DNA of 64,000 nt from Eubacteriales bacterium (GTDB taxonomy: Bacteria > Bacillota > Clostridia > Oscillospirales > SIG627), in contig JAZOQB010000010.1 in assembly GCA_045655865.1 (NCBI GenBank), forward strand, positions 8,203 through 72,202, written 5' to 3'. This document shows positions 25,918 through 34,940 of the stretch, in pieces. Position numbers and translations under genes: made by a program. The notes below the pieces were generated by a model, which was not told where the DNA came from, did not search any database, and was given only the letters and a program-made list of their open reading frames with translations. Position 1 is the first letter of the stretch; each line of letters opens with the position of its first letter.

Positions 25918-26229
25918 ATGAAACTGGAAACGAGTACCAAGGACGGAGAGTATATCGTTCGGATCTCGGGGGACATCGACCACCACAGAGCCCCGGGGAT
26001 CCGGGAGGAGATCGACCGGGTTTTGGAAAAAACCCGACCCCGGCGCCTGGTTTTGGATCTGGGACAGACCGATTTTATGGATTCCTCCGGTCTGGGTCTG
26101 ATCTTGGGGCGGTTGAGAAAAACCGGAGAAATGGAAATTGCCATGACGCTGATCAACCCCAACCCCGCCGTGCAAAAGATCTTGCGCCTGGCGGGAGTGG
26201 AAAATATGCTGGATATTCGATATTTGTGA
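25918..26229 (+). CDS. spoIIAA: Anti-sigma-F factor antagonist SpoIIAA (STAS domain)
   Basis: 103 aa with DFMDSSGLGLILG, directly upstream of spoIIAB and sigF. Confidence 0.9.
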   Translation: MKLETSTKDGEYIVRISGDIDHHRAPGIREEIDRVLEKTRPRRLVLDLGQTDFMDSSGLGLILGRLRKTGEMEIAMTLINPNPAVQKILRLAGVENMLDIRYL

Positions 26230-26238
26230 GGAAGAGAC

Positions 26239-26673
26239 ATGAAGGAAATATTAAACTCTGCCCGGGTGCGGTTTCCCGCCTTGGGTGAAAACGAAAGCTT
26301 TGCCCGAATCTTGACCGCGGGCTTTTTGATGCATCTGGGGGTGACACCGGCGCTTCTTGCGGACTTAAAAACCGTGGTCAGCGAGGCTGTGACCAACGCC
26401 ATCGTTCACGGCTACCGGGGTCGGGACGGAAAAAATTCTTACATACTCCTGGAGCTGCGTTATTACAGCGATCGAACCTTGGTCATTGCCGTCACCGACC
26501 GAGGACAGGGGATCGAAAACGTGGATGAGGCCATGCAGCCCTTCTTTACCACCGACAAGGAAGGGGAGCGCAGCGGAATGGGACTTCCCATCATGCAGGC
26601 CTTTTCCGATTCCTTGCGTATCACGTCCCGCCCCGGATGCACCAAGGTGGTCATGCGAAAAAAGCTTCCATGA
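26239..26673 (+). CDS. spoIIAB: Anti-sigma-F factor SpoIIAB (serine kinase)
   Basis: 144 aa with EAVTNAIVHGY and DRGQGIENV..ERSGMGL HATPase motifs. Confidence 0.9.
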   Translation: MKEILNSARVRFPALGENESFARILTAGFLMHLGVTPALLADLKTVVSEAVTNAIVHGYRGRDGKNSYILLELRYYSDRTLVIAVTDRGQGIENVDEAMQPFFTTDKEGERSGMGLPIMQAFSDSLRITSRPGCTKVVMRKKLP

Positions 26674-27386
26674 GTTCCTACGTCAACGATCCCCAGACCC
26701 TTCTTTTGGCCAAGGGGGGCGATCGGGTTGCCATGGAAAGCGTGGTTACCACCAATCTTGGACTGGTGAAAAGCATTGCGCTGCGATTTGTTGGACGGGG
26801 AGCGGAACTGGAGGATCTGATTCAGATCGGAACCATCGGGATGATCAAGGCGATCCTAGGCTTTGATCCGGAAAGAGAATGCCGCTTTACCACCTACGCC
26901 GTGCCTCTCATTATGGGAGAGATCAAACGCTTTCTGCGAGACGACGGATGGATCAAGATAGGCCGGGAAACCAAACAAAACGCGGCCCAGATCTTCCGTT
27001 TTGCGGAAGAGTTTGAAAAGATGAGCGGTCAGGCACCCACCATGGAGACCATTTGCGAAAAGCTTGGGCTGGAAGAGGAAAAGGTAGTTCTGGCCATGGA
27101 ATCCGCCCGACCGGCGCTGTCCCTTTACGAAGAAGATGAGAACACCGGCTTTTCTCCGGAAAAGATGATCGGGGAGGACAACATTGAAAAGAGCGTTGGA
27201 ACCATCGCTCTGCAAGAGGCGGTGGACGTTTTGCCCCAGGAGGAGAAAAAGCTGATCGTTCTACGGTATTTCAAAGGGTTGACCCAGTCGCAGACCGCTC
27301 GGATCCTGGGGATCACTCAGGTAAAGGTTTCCCGGGAGGAGAAGCGGATCTTAAAGAAAATGAAGCAATTTTTGACCGAATCTTGA
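26670..27386 (+). CDS. sigF: Sporulation sigma factor SigF
   Basis: Sigma-70 regions 2-4 (DLIQIGTIGMIKAI.., YAVPLIMGEIKRFLRDD, LTQSQTARILGITQVKVSREEKR). The ATG overlaps the spoIIAB stop. Confidence 0.9.
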   Translation: MSSYVNDPQTLLLAKGGDRVAMESVVTTNLGLVKSIALRFVGRGAELEDLIQIGTIGMIKAILGFDPERECRFTTYAVPLIMGEIKRFLRDDGWIKIGRETKQNAAQIFRFAEEFEKMSGQAPTMETICEKLGLEEEKVVLAMESARPALSLYEEDENTGFSPEKMIGEDNIEKSVGTIALQEAVDVLPQEEKKLIVLRYFKGLTQSQTARILGITQVKVSREEKRILKKMKQFLTES

Positions 27387-27425
27387 TCCTGTGGCCGACG
27401 GCGTCCGTCTTTTTTTTGACGGGGC

Positions 27426-27454
27426 TTGACTTTTTATAAAAACTTTACTATAAT
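27426..27454 (+). promoter_or_regulatory. Consensus sigma-A promoter of the aromatic operon leader
   Basis: TTGACT 27426-27431, 17 nt, TATAAT 27449-27454. Confidence 0.7.
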
Positions 27455-27484
27455 AAAGAAAATTTCCCGGAAAGGAGAGGCGGT

Positions 27485-27565
27485 ATGCTGAAGAATTTTT
27501 TTGGTCTTTATACTCGATTTTATTACTTTACTGAGGCGGACTGCCTGGGTCACCGGAAAAAATAA
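27485..27565 (+). CDS. Candidate 26-aa Phe/Tyr-rich leader peptide MLKNFFGLYTRFYYFTEADCLGHRKK
   Basis: My own translation; the ORF is below the track cutoff. AAAGGAGAGG Shine-Dalgarno 5 nt before the ATG. 7 of 26 codons are Phe or Tyr, including F-Y-Y-F. It sits between the promoter and an intrinsic terminator. Confidence 0.55.
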   Translation: MLKNFFGLYTRFYYFTEADCLGHRKK

Positions 27566-27582
27566 GTTTTTTCCTACGGTTC

Positions 27583-27638
27583 AGAAGTCCGCAATTTGTG
27601 TATTCTCCGAAAGAATGCAAGGTTGCGGATTTTTTTTT
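27583..27638 (+). terminator. Attenuator terminator upstream of the aromatic operon
   Basis: TCCGCAA (27588-27594) pairs with TTGCGGA (27623-27629), with an inner ATTCT/AGAAT helix, followed by nine T (27630-27638). An alternative GCGGACT (27536-27542) : AGTCCGC (27586-27592) pairing would sequester the 5-prime arm. Confidence 0.75.
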
Positions 27639-27669
27639 GAATTTTAACGAAGATTTTGGAGGATTTTGT

Positions 27670-28857
27670 ATGATCTCACAGGAAATGCTCCGTTTGGGGC
27701 GTCAGAGCTCGGTGATTCGCGCCATTTCTGAATACGGTGCGCAAAGGAAAAAAGAGATCGGAGCGGAAAACGTATTTGACTTTTCTCTGGGGAATCCCAG
27801 TATCCCTGCACCGGATGCCATTGAAAAGACCATGATAGATCTGGTGGAGAATACGCCTGCGGCCCTCCTTCACGGTTACACCTCTTCTGCGGGGGATATG
27901 GGCGTGCGGGAGAAGATTGCCGCTTTTCTCCAGGAAAGATTTCACTTTCCTGCCCAAGCCGGTCTGATCTACATGACCTGCGGTGCTGCGGCCAGTCTCA
28001 CCGTGGCTCTTCACGCTCTTTTAAATCCCGGAGACCAGGTGGTGGTTCCCACTCCCTTTTTCCCCGAATATCGGGTCTTTATTGAAAAGGCCGGGGGAAA
28101 ACTGGTGGAAGCTCTCTGTCATCAACCCTCTTTCCAGCTCAACCTTGATGAAATGGAAAAGGCCATTACAGAGAAGACCAAGGTGGTTATGCTCAACTCC
28201 CCCAACAACCCCACCGGCGCGGTATACAGCCGTGAGAGTCTGGAGGCGCTTTCTGCCCTCTTAAAGAAAAAAGAGGAAGAATACGGCACGCAGATCTTCC
28301 TTCTTACCGACGAGCCCTACCGGGAACTCTACTACGGTACCGAGCCTTTGCCTTGGATCCCCAGCCTTTACCACCGGACTTTGGTGGCCTACTCTTACAG
28401 CAAATCTCTCTCTCTGCCCGGGGAGCGGATCGGGTACCTTTTGGTCTCCCCTGAGTGCCCCGACGCCGGGGACGTTTTCGCCGCCGTTTGCGGTGCAGGC
28501 CGAAGCCTTGGCTTTGTGTGTGCGCCCTCTCTTTGGCAGAGAGTGGTGGGAAAAAATCAGGGACTGGTCGGTGACGTGGAAGCTTACCGAAAGAACCGGG
28601 ATCTTCTCTCTGCGGCCCTACAGGAAATGGGTTATGTGGTCACCCCTCCCGCCGGCGCCTTTTACCTTTTTGTCAAGGCTCTGGAGGAGGACGCGAACGA
28701 GTTTTCCCAGCGGGCGAAAAAGCACGAGCTTCTTCTGGTTCCCAGCGATTCCTTCGGGGTCCGGGGCTTTGTGCGTATCTCCTACTGCGTGGCGCGGGAG
28801 ACCATTGAACGGTCCTTGCCGGCGTTCCGAGCGCTTATGGAGGAATACAAAAAATGA
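27670..28857 (+). CDS. Class I/II PLP-dependent aminotransferase (aspartate/aromatic type)
   Basis: NSPNNPTG and YSYSKSLSLPGERIGY (PLP lysine). GGAGG Shine-Dalgarno before the ATG at 27670. The earlier track start overlaps the terminator. Confidence 0.85.
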   Translation: MISQEMLRLGRQSSVIRAISEYGAQRKKEIGAENVFDFSLGNPSIPAPDAIEKTMIDLVENTPAALLHGYTSSAGDMGVREKIAAFLQERFHFPAQAGLIYMTCGAAASLTVALHALLNPGDQVVVPTPFFPEYRVFIEKAGGKLVEALCHQPSFQLNLDEMEKAITEKTKVVMLNSPNNPTGAVYSRESLEALSALLKKKEEEYGTQIFLLTDEPYRELYYGTEPLPWIPSLYHRTLVAYSYSKSLSLPGERIGYLLVSPECPDAGDVFAAVCGAGRSLGFVCAPSLWQRVVGKNQGLVGDVEAYRKNRDLLSAALQEMGYVVTPPAGAFYLFVKALEEDANEFSQRAKKHELLLVPSDSFGVRGFVRISYCVARETIERSLPAFRALMEEYKK

Positions 28858-29948
28858 AAAACAATCTCTTGGAAGAAGCCCGGGGGGATATTGACCGTAT
28901 TGACCGGGCTATGGCGACCCTTTTTGAAGAAAGAATGGAAGCTGCAGGCAAGGTTGCCTTATATAAAAAAGAGACGGGCATGCCCATTTTTGACCCTGCC
29001 CGGGAGGAAGAGATCATCAATCGGGGCGCACAGCGGATCCAAAACGAGACGGTTCGTGGGTATTACGTGAACTTTCTTCGCACGCAGATGGATCTTTCCA
29101 AGGCTTATCAGTCCCGACTGCTCTATGGAATGCACGTGGCCTTTTCCGGAGTGCCGGGGGCGTTTGCGGAAATTGCCGCAAAGCGTATTTTCCCTCACGG
29201 CGTGACCATGGGCTTCCCGGATTTTGAAGAGGCGTACCGCGCCGTGGAAGACGGCCGGTGTGACGTGGCGGTGCTACCTTTGGAAAACAGTACCAACGGC
29301 GACGTGGGGACGGTGATGGATCTGGCCTTTTTCGGCTCTCTTTCCGTTAACGGCATTTACGACGTGGAAGTCAAACAGAATCTTTTGGCAAAACTTGGAG
29401 CGCATCTTTCGGATATCAAAACTGTGATCAGTCATCCTCAGGCCCTTGGACAGTGCGCTCCCTTTTTGAAAAAGGGCGGGTTTGAAACCGTGGAGGCGGC
29501 AAACACCGCCGTAGCGGCGAAAATGGTAGCAAATTCACAGGAAATGTCCCTGGCGGCCATTGGAAGCCAGGAGGCCGCCGAGGAGTACGGGCTTCAGGTT
29601 CTAAGATCTAACATTCACGAAAAAGGGGGGAACACCACCCGCTTTGCCGTGTTCTCTCGGACGAAAAAGGACCCGTCCCCCACCGATCGCCAGTTTTTGA
29701 TGGTCTTTACGGTGAAAAACGAGGCCGGGGCTTTGGCCAAGGCTGTTTCCGCCATCGGAACGCACGGCTTTAATCTTCGGGCGATCAAGAGCAGACCCAC
29801 AAAGAAGCTCTCCTGGGAGTACTACTTCTTCTGTGAGGGCGAGGGGGATCTGAATTCACCCCAGGGCGAGGAAATGCTCTCCCGACTGAACGGGGTGTGT
29901 AGCGATCTGAAGGTTCTGGGCTCTTTTGAAAAAGAAAGTGTTTTGTAG
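28854..29948 (+). CDS. pheA: Bifunctional chorismate mutase / prephenate dehydratase with ACT domain
   Basis: N-terminal CM helices (IDRIDRAMATLFEERMEAAGKVALYK), a PDT domain (LPLENSTNGDV, TRFAVF) and an ACT region with IKSRPTKK. ATGA overlap with the aminotransferase gene. Confidence 0.85.
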   Translation: MKNNLLEEARGDIDRIDRAMATLFEERMEAAGKVALYKKETGMPIFDPAREEEIINRGAQRIQNETVRGYYVNFLRTQMDLSKAYQSRLLYGMHVAFSGVPGAFAEIAAKRIFPHGVTMGFPDFEEAYRAVEDGRCDVAVLPLENSTNGDVGTVMDLAFFGSLSVNGIYDVEVKQNLLAKLGAHLSDIKTVISHPQALGQCAPFLKKGGFETVEAANTAVAAKMVANSQEMSLAAIGSQEAAEEYGLQVLRSNIHEKGGNTTRFAVFSRTKKDPSPTDRQFLMVFTVKNEAGALAKAVSAIGTHGFNLRAIKSRPTKKLSWEYYFFCEGEGDLNSPQGEEMLSRLNGVCSDLKVLGSFEKESVL

Positions 29949-29955
29949 GTAAGGT

Positions 29956-30972
29956 ATGATTCTTTCTGTTAATACACGGGACAAAAGTTATCCCATCTAT
30001 CTGGAGAGGGGCGTGCTGGATCGGGCAGGAACCCTGTTCTCCTTTGCACGCAGATGCATGATCATAACAGACGATAACATTCCAAAAGAATATCTGGACG
30101 CCCTTTCCCGGCAATGCGGCGAGCCCCATATTTTTGTGATCCGGGCGGGGGAGGAATCCAAGTCCCTTTCCACCTTTGAGGAAATTTTAGGTGAAATGCT
30201 CACTTTCGGCTTTACTCGTTCTGACTGCGTGATCGCCCTGGGGGGCGGTGTGGTGGGAGACCTGGCAGGATTTGTCGCCTCCGCTTTTCAAAGGGGCGTG
30301 GATTTTTACAATATTCCTACCACCATTCTTTCCCAGGTGGATTCCTCCATTGGCGGAAAGGTGGCGGTCAATTTCCGTGGCTTGAAAAACATGGTGGGCG
30401 CTTTCTACCCTCCCAAAGGGGTGCTCATTGATCCGGACACCTTAAAGACCCTTCCCCAAAGGCAAATTGCAAACGGTCTGGCGGAAGCGGTGAAAATGGC
30501 TTTGACTTTTGACCGGGAGCTTTTTTCCCTCTTTGAAACCGCATCTCCCATGGAAAATCTGGATCTTATCATCGAAAAAAGCCTTTTGGCCAAGAAGACG
30601 GTGGTGGAGGAGGACGAGAGGGAGACCGGTCTGAGAAGAGTTCTCAATTTCGGGCACACCGTAGCCCACGCGCTGGAAAGCGAGAGCCATAAGACGGACA
30701 GACCCTTGTATCACGGCGAGGCTGTGGCCCTGGGTATGATCCCCATGTGCAGTGAACCGGTAAAAGAGCGCTTGCTTTCCGTTTTAACAAAGCTCGGTCT
30801 TCCCACCGTTTGGGGAGGAGACGTGGAAAAGCTGATAGAGGCCATGGGACATGACAAGAAAATGAGCGGAAAACAGATCTGTCTGATCCGAGTGGATCAG
30901 GTGGGTTCTTTCCGGATGGAAACGCTGTCTTTTGCCGCATTTTCAGAAGAAGTGAAAGGCTATAAATTATGA
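29956..30972 (+). CDS. aroB: 3-dehydroquinate synthase
   Basis: GGGVVGDLAGFVAS, DSSIGGKVAVN, NFGHTVAHALE. Confidence 0.9.
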   Translation: MILSVNTRDKSYPIYLERGVLDRAGTLFSFARRCMIITDDNIPKEYLDALSRQCGEPHIFVIRAGEESKSLSTFEEILGEMLTFGFTRSDCVIALGGGVVGDLAGFVASAFQRGVDFYNIPTTILSQVDSSIGGKVAVNFRGLKNMVGAFYPPKGVLIDPDTLKTLPQRQIANGLAEAVKMALTFDRELFSLFETASPMENLDLIIEKSLLAKKTVVEEDERETGLRRVLNFGHTVAHALESESHKTDRPLYHGEAVALGMIPMCSEPVKERLLSVLTKLGLPTVWGGDVEKLIEAMGHDKKMSGKQICLIRVDQVGSFRMETLSFAAFSEEVKGYKL

Positions 30973-32066
30973 AAAACACCTTTGGATGCGCCATTACCCT
31001 CACTCTTTTCGGAGAGAGCCACGGAGAGGAGATCGGCTGCGTGCTGGACGGGCTTGCGCCTGGGATCGCCGTTTCGGAAGAAGAGATCGCCCGTCTTCTT
31101 TCTTTGCGCCGACCTCAGGGCGCCGTTTCTACTGCCCGTCAGGAGCCCGACCCTTTCCGAATCGTCAGTGGCGTGTATCAGGGACGGACTACGGGAACGC
31201 CCCTTGCCATTCTGATTCCCAATCTTACCCAGAGATCCTCGGATTATGAAAGACAAACCAAACTTCGTCCCGGCCATGCGGATTTTACGGCGGAAATGAA
31301 GTATCACGGTTTTCAGGACCCCAGAGGAGGGGGCCATTTTAGCGGAAGGATCACCGCGCCCCTGGTGGCCGCAGGTGCCATCCTCCTATCTGCCCTTCGG
31401 GAAAAGGGCATTGTCATTGGCACTCATATGGCTTCTTGCGGCCAGGTTTCCGACCGGCCTTTTGCCGATCTGGGCTCTGACATCGCCTCGCTTTCTACCC
31501 GAGCCTTCCCCGTTTTGGATCACAATGCGGCAAAGGCCATGGAAGAGGAAATTTTGACGGCAAAAAAAGAGGGAGACAGCGTGGGCGGCGTTTTGGAGAC
31601 TGCCGTTCTCGGTCTGCCTGCCGGGGTGGGAGAGCCTTGGTTTGACACCCTGGAGAGTCTTCTCTCCCACGCGCTCTTTGCCATTCCCGCCGTCAAGGGA
31701 GTGGAATTCGGGAAAGGATTTGCTCTGGCAGGACTGCGCGGCAGTCAGGCCAACGACGCCTTTTGTGTTGAAAACGGTAACATACAGACCCGAACCAATC
31801 ACAACGGCGGCATCAACGGCGGCATTTCCAACGGAATGCCACTGATCTTTCGCTGTGCCGTCAAGCCCACCCCCACCCTTTCCCGGGAGCAGGATACGGT
31901 GGATCTTCTCACCGGAGAAGAATGTACCATAGCTTCCCGAGGCAGGCACGACCCTTGTATCGTTCACCGAGCCCGGGTCGTGGTGGACAGTATGACGGCG
32001 CTTACGTTGGCCGATGCCCTCACGCTTCGCTTTGGTACGGATTATCTTTCCGGAGGAACGCGATGA
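30969..32066 (+). CDS. aroC: Chorismate synthase
   Basis: FGESHG, RPGHADF, GRHDPCIV motifs. ATGA overlap with aroB. Confidence 0.9.
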   Translation: MKNTFGCAITLTLFGESHGEEIGCVLDGLAPGIAVSEEEIARLLSLRRPQGAVSTARQEPDPFRIVSGVYQGRTTGTPLAILIPNLTQRSSDYERQTKLRPGHADFTAEMKYHGFQDPRGGGHFSGRITAPLVAAGAILLSALREKGIVIGTHMASCGQVSDRPFADLGSDIASLSTRAFPVLDHNAAKAMEEEILTAKKEGDSVGGVLETAVLGLPAGVGEPWFDTLESLLSHALFAIPAVKGVEFGKGFALAGLRGSQANDAFCVENGNIQTRTNHNGGINGGISNGMPLIFRCAVKPTPTLSREQDTVDLLTGEECTIASRGRHDPCIVHRARVVVDSMTALTLADALTLRFGTDYLSGGTR

Positions 32067-33295
32067 AGTACGGCTTGCTTGGAGAAAAACTGGGGCATAG
32101 TTTTTCCGCACTCATTCACGCAAGGCTGGGGCTTTACCAATACCAGCTTTACCCTGTGGCAAAAGAAGATTTTTCCCTTTTTATGGAGCGCCGGGATTTT
32201 TCCGGGATCAACGTTACCATTCCCTATAAAAAAGACGTGATCGCCTACTTGAAAGAAATCAGCCCCGAGGCATCTGTTTGCGGTGCAGTAAATACTATTG
32301 TCAACCGGAACGGGGAGCTGTTTGGTTTTAATACGGATATTCTGGGATTACAGGCCCTGCTGAACAAGACGGGGGTCAGCCTTTCCGGGAAAAACGTTCT
32401 GATTCTGGGATCCGGCGGCACTTCCGGTACTGCCTTGGCGCTTTGCCAAAAGCTGGGAGCCCGATCGGCAGAGAGGCTCTCCCGCACCGGAAAAGAGGGG
32501 AGCCTGACCTATCGGGAGGCCGCGACCCGTGGGGATACCCAGGTCATCATCAACACCACCCCTTGCGGAATGTATCCGCAGATCGACGCGTGCCCCATCT
32601 CTCTGTCCTCCTTTCCCCATCTTGAGGCGGTGGCGGACGCGGTGTACAATCCGCTGAAAAGCCAGCTGGTTGTGGAGGGAGAAAAACGCGGGGTCCCCAG
32701 TGTGGGGGGCTTGTTTATGCTGGTGGCCCAGGCGGTTTACGCCGCTGGGATCTTCACCGAAAGAAAAGATCTGGAAGACCGGATCTGTCCTATTTATGAA
32801 GAACTTTTAAAAGAAAAACAAAACATCGTTCTCATCGGTATGCCGGGATCCGGAAAAAGCACCATTGGCCGGGCTTTGGCGAAGAGATTGGGAAAAGAAT
32901 TTGTAGACAGCGACGAGCAGATCGTAAAGATGGCGGAAGAGTCGATCCCGGAGATCTTTGCAAAAGAGGGAGAGGCATCTTTCCGGGACCGGGAGAGCCG
33001 GGCTATCCGGGAGTTATCTGCCCGACAGGGGGTAGTCATTGCCACCGGTGGCGGCGCCGTTCTTCGGGAAAAGAATCTGGATTTGCTTCGGCAAAATGGG
33101 ATCCTGGTCTTTCTGGACGCGCCTCTGGAGAGTCTTCGCGCCACCGCGGATCGGCCGCTTTCCTCTGATTTTGAGTCCCTAAAACAGCGCTACGAAGAAC
33201 GCTATGAGATCTATTGCCGGGCGGCAGATTACCGAATCCCGGTGAGTAGGAACGTGGAAGAAAATGTTTGTGCCATCATAAAGGAGCTTTCATGA
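32063..33295 (+). CDS. aroE/aroK: Fused shikimate dehydrogenase (N-terminal) / shikimate kinase (C-terminal)
   Basis: MKYGLLGEKLGHSFSALIH.., NVTIPYK, GSGGTSG (AroE part), then IVLIGMPGSGKSTIGRALAKRLGKEFVDSD (AroK Walker A). The ATG at 32063 overlaps the aroC stop. Confidence 0.85.
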   Translation: MKYGLLGEKLGHSFSALIHARLGLYQYQLYPVAKEDFSLFMERRDFSGINVTIPYKKDVIAYLKEISPEASVCGAVNTIVNRNGELFGFNTDILGLQALLNKTGVSLSGKNVLILGSGGTSGTALALCQKLGARSAERLSRTGKEGSLTYREAATRGDTQVIINTTPCGMYPQIDACPISLSSFPHLEAVADAVYNPLKSQLVVEGEKRGVPSVGGLFMLVAQAVYAAGIFTERKDLEDRICPIYEELLKEKQNIVLIGMPGSGKSTIGRALAKRLGKEFVDSDEQIVKMAEESIPEIFAKEGEASFRDRESRAIRELSARQGVVIATGGGAVLREKNLDLLRQNGILVFLDAPLESLRATADRPLSSDFESLKQRYEERYEIYCRAADYRIPVSRNVEENVCAIIKELS

Positions 33296-33732
33296 AGATA
33301 CTGATCATCAACGGCCCGAACCTGAATTTTTTGGGGATTCGGGAGCCCGAGCATTACGGAAAAGAAAGCTATGAAGATCTTTGCCGAGATATTCGTGACC
33401 ACGCCCGGAAACGGGGCGTGGAGGTGGAGATCTTCCAGTCCAACCACGAGGGGGATTTGGTAGAAGCCATCCAGGGAGCATACAAAAAAGCGGATGGGAT
33501 CGTCATCAACCCCGCCGCTTACACACACACCAGCGTGGCGATCCTGGATGCGGTAAAAGCCGTGGGCGTGCCCACCGTGGAGGTTCACATTTCCGATCTT
33601 TCTCAAAGGGAAGCGTTTCGGCAGGTCAGCTACGTTCGCCGGGCTTGCATTGCTACTATTGCAGGACACGGTTTTGCGGGGTATTTGGAGGCGATGGACC
33701 TTTTGATCTCCCCGCCGGAGAAGAGGGCATGA
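33292..33732 (+). CDS. aroQ: Type II 3-dehydroquinate dehydratase
   Basis: MKILIINGPNLNFLGIREPEHYG.., NPAAYTHTSVA, EVHISD. Confidence 0.9.
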   Translation: MKILIINGPNLNFLGIREPEHYGKESYEDLCRDIRDHARKRGVEVEIFQSNHEGDLVEAIQGAYKKADGIVINPAAYTHTSVAILDAVKAVGVPTVEVHISDLSQREAFRQVSYVRRACIATIAGHGFAGYLEAMDLLISPPEKRA

Positions 33733-34940
33733 CCGTTCGCTTTTCGCCCTCTTTTGCCCGGGGAGAAGTTTGGGCGCCTCCGTCGAAAAGCATGGCTCAC
33801 CGGGGACTGATCGCCGCCGCCATGGCGGATGGGGAGAGTTTTTTGTCACCCATCGCACCGTCTCAGGATATGCTCGCTACCATGGATGCACTGAATGCTT
33901 TGGGAGCGCGTTTTTCCCGAGAAAAAGATGGGATTTTGGTCCGGGGCATCCCTTTTCCTGAAAATACGGGGAAGGCGCTTTGCTGTCGGGAGAGCGGAAG
34001 TACCCTGCGCTTTCTTTTGCCCCTTTGCCTTTTAACGGGAGAAAAAATGACCTTTCTGGGCGCACCGCGCCTGATGGAAAGACCTCTTTTTGTATATGAA
34101 GATCTTTGCCGGTCCAGGGGCTTTCTTTACGAAAAAAGGGAAGAGAGCCTTACCGTTCAGGGGAAACTTACACCGGGAAGATACTGCGTGCCGGGAGACG
34201 TTTCCAGCCAGTTTATCACAGGCCTTCTCTTTGCTCTTTCCCTTCTTCCTCAGGACAGCTGTCTTGTAGTGACAGGGAAGATGGAAAGCGAGTCCTACGT
34301 GTCAATGACCCTTTTTGCCATGGAAGAGTTTGGAGTGAAGATCCATCGCCGGGGACAGGAATTTTACATTCCCGGAGGGCAACGGTACACGCCCAGGCAA
34401 TGGCGCGTGGAGGGAGATTTTTCCAATGCGGCCTTTTTGGATGGATTCAATCTTTTGGGGGGAGACGTGAAGGTCTTGGGGCTGAGGGACACTTCTCTGC
34501 AAGGAGACCGGGTCTACCGGGAGCATTTTGCCGCCATCCGTTCCGGGTGTCCTACCATTGATCTTCGGGATTGTCCGGATCTGGCGCCGGTTCTTTTCGC
34601 ACTGGCATCCTATTTTTACGGGGCAAGGTTTACCGGCACCGCACGCCTTCGCTTAAAGGAGAGTGACCGGGCTTTGGCGATGAAAGAGGAGCTGGCCAAA
34701 TGTGGCGTGGAGATCACGGTTATGGAAAATGAAGTTTTGGTGCCGGGAGGAGCTCTTCGAGCGCCCACAGAGCCGATCTTCTCTCACAACGATCATCGGA
34801 TCGCAATGGCCATGGCTCTTCTTCTCAGCAGACTTGGCGGAGAAATTTGCGGGGCTGGGGCCGTAAGCAAAAGCTACCCGGAGTTTTTTGAAACCATTTG
34901 GAAACTTGGAATCGAAGGAATCGAAGATGAAACTGAATAA
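33729..34940 (+). CDS. aroA: 3-phosphoshikimate 1-carboxyvinyltransferase (EPSP synthase)
   Basis: PPSKSMAHR, LRLKESDR, NDHRIAMA motifs. ATGA overlap with aroQ. Confidence 0.9.
   Translation: MTVRFSPSFARGEVWAPPSKSMAHRGLIAAAMADGESFLSPIAPSQDMLATMDALNALGARFSREKDGILVRGIPFPENTGKALCCRESGSTLRFLLPLCLLTGEKMTFLGAPRLMERPLFVYEDLCRSRGFLYEKREESLTVQGKLTPGRYCVPGDVSSQFITGLLFALSLLPQDSCLVVTGKMESESYVSMTLFAMEEFGVKIHRRGQEFYIPGGQRYTPRQWRVEGDFSNAAFLDGFNLLGGDVKVLGLRDTSLQGDRVYREHFAAIRSGCPTIDLRDCPDLAPVLFALASYFYGARFTGTARLRLKESDRALAMKEELAKCGVEITVMENEVLVPGGALRAPTEPIFSHNDHRIAMAMALLLSRLGGEICGAGAVSKSYPEFFETIWKLGIEGIEDETE

Noticed and set aside
31922-32062. Track-predicted N-terminal extension of the aroE/aroK ORF (start at 31922), with similar upstream extensions for aroQ (33268), aroA (33645), tyrA (34888), cpsB (52365), ttcA (57543), uppP (61573) and lon (47372).
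   Set aside because: The extensions overlap the preceding gene in another frame and add non-homologous residues. Internal ATGs with a Shine-Dalgarno or ATGA coupling reproduce the conserved N-termini of each family.
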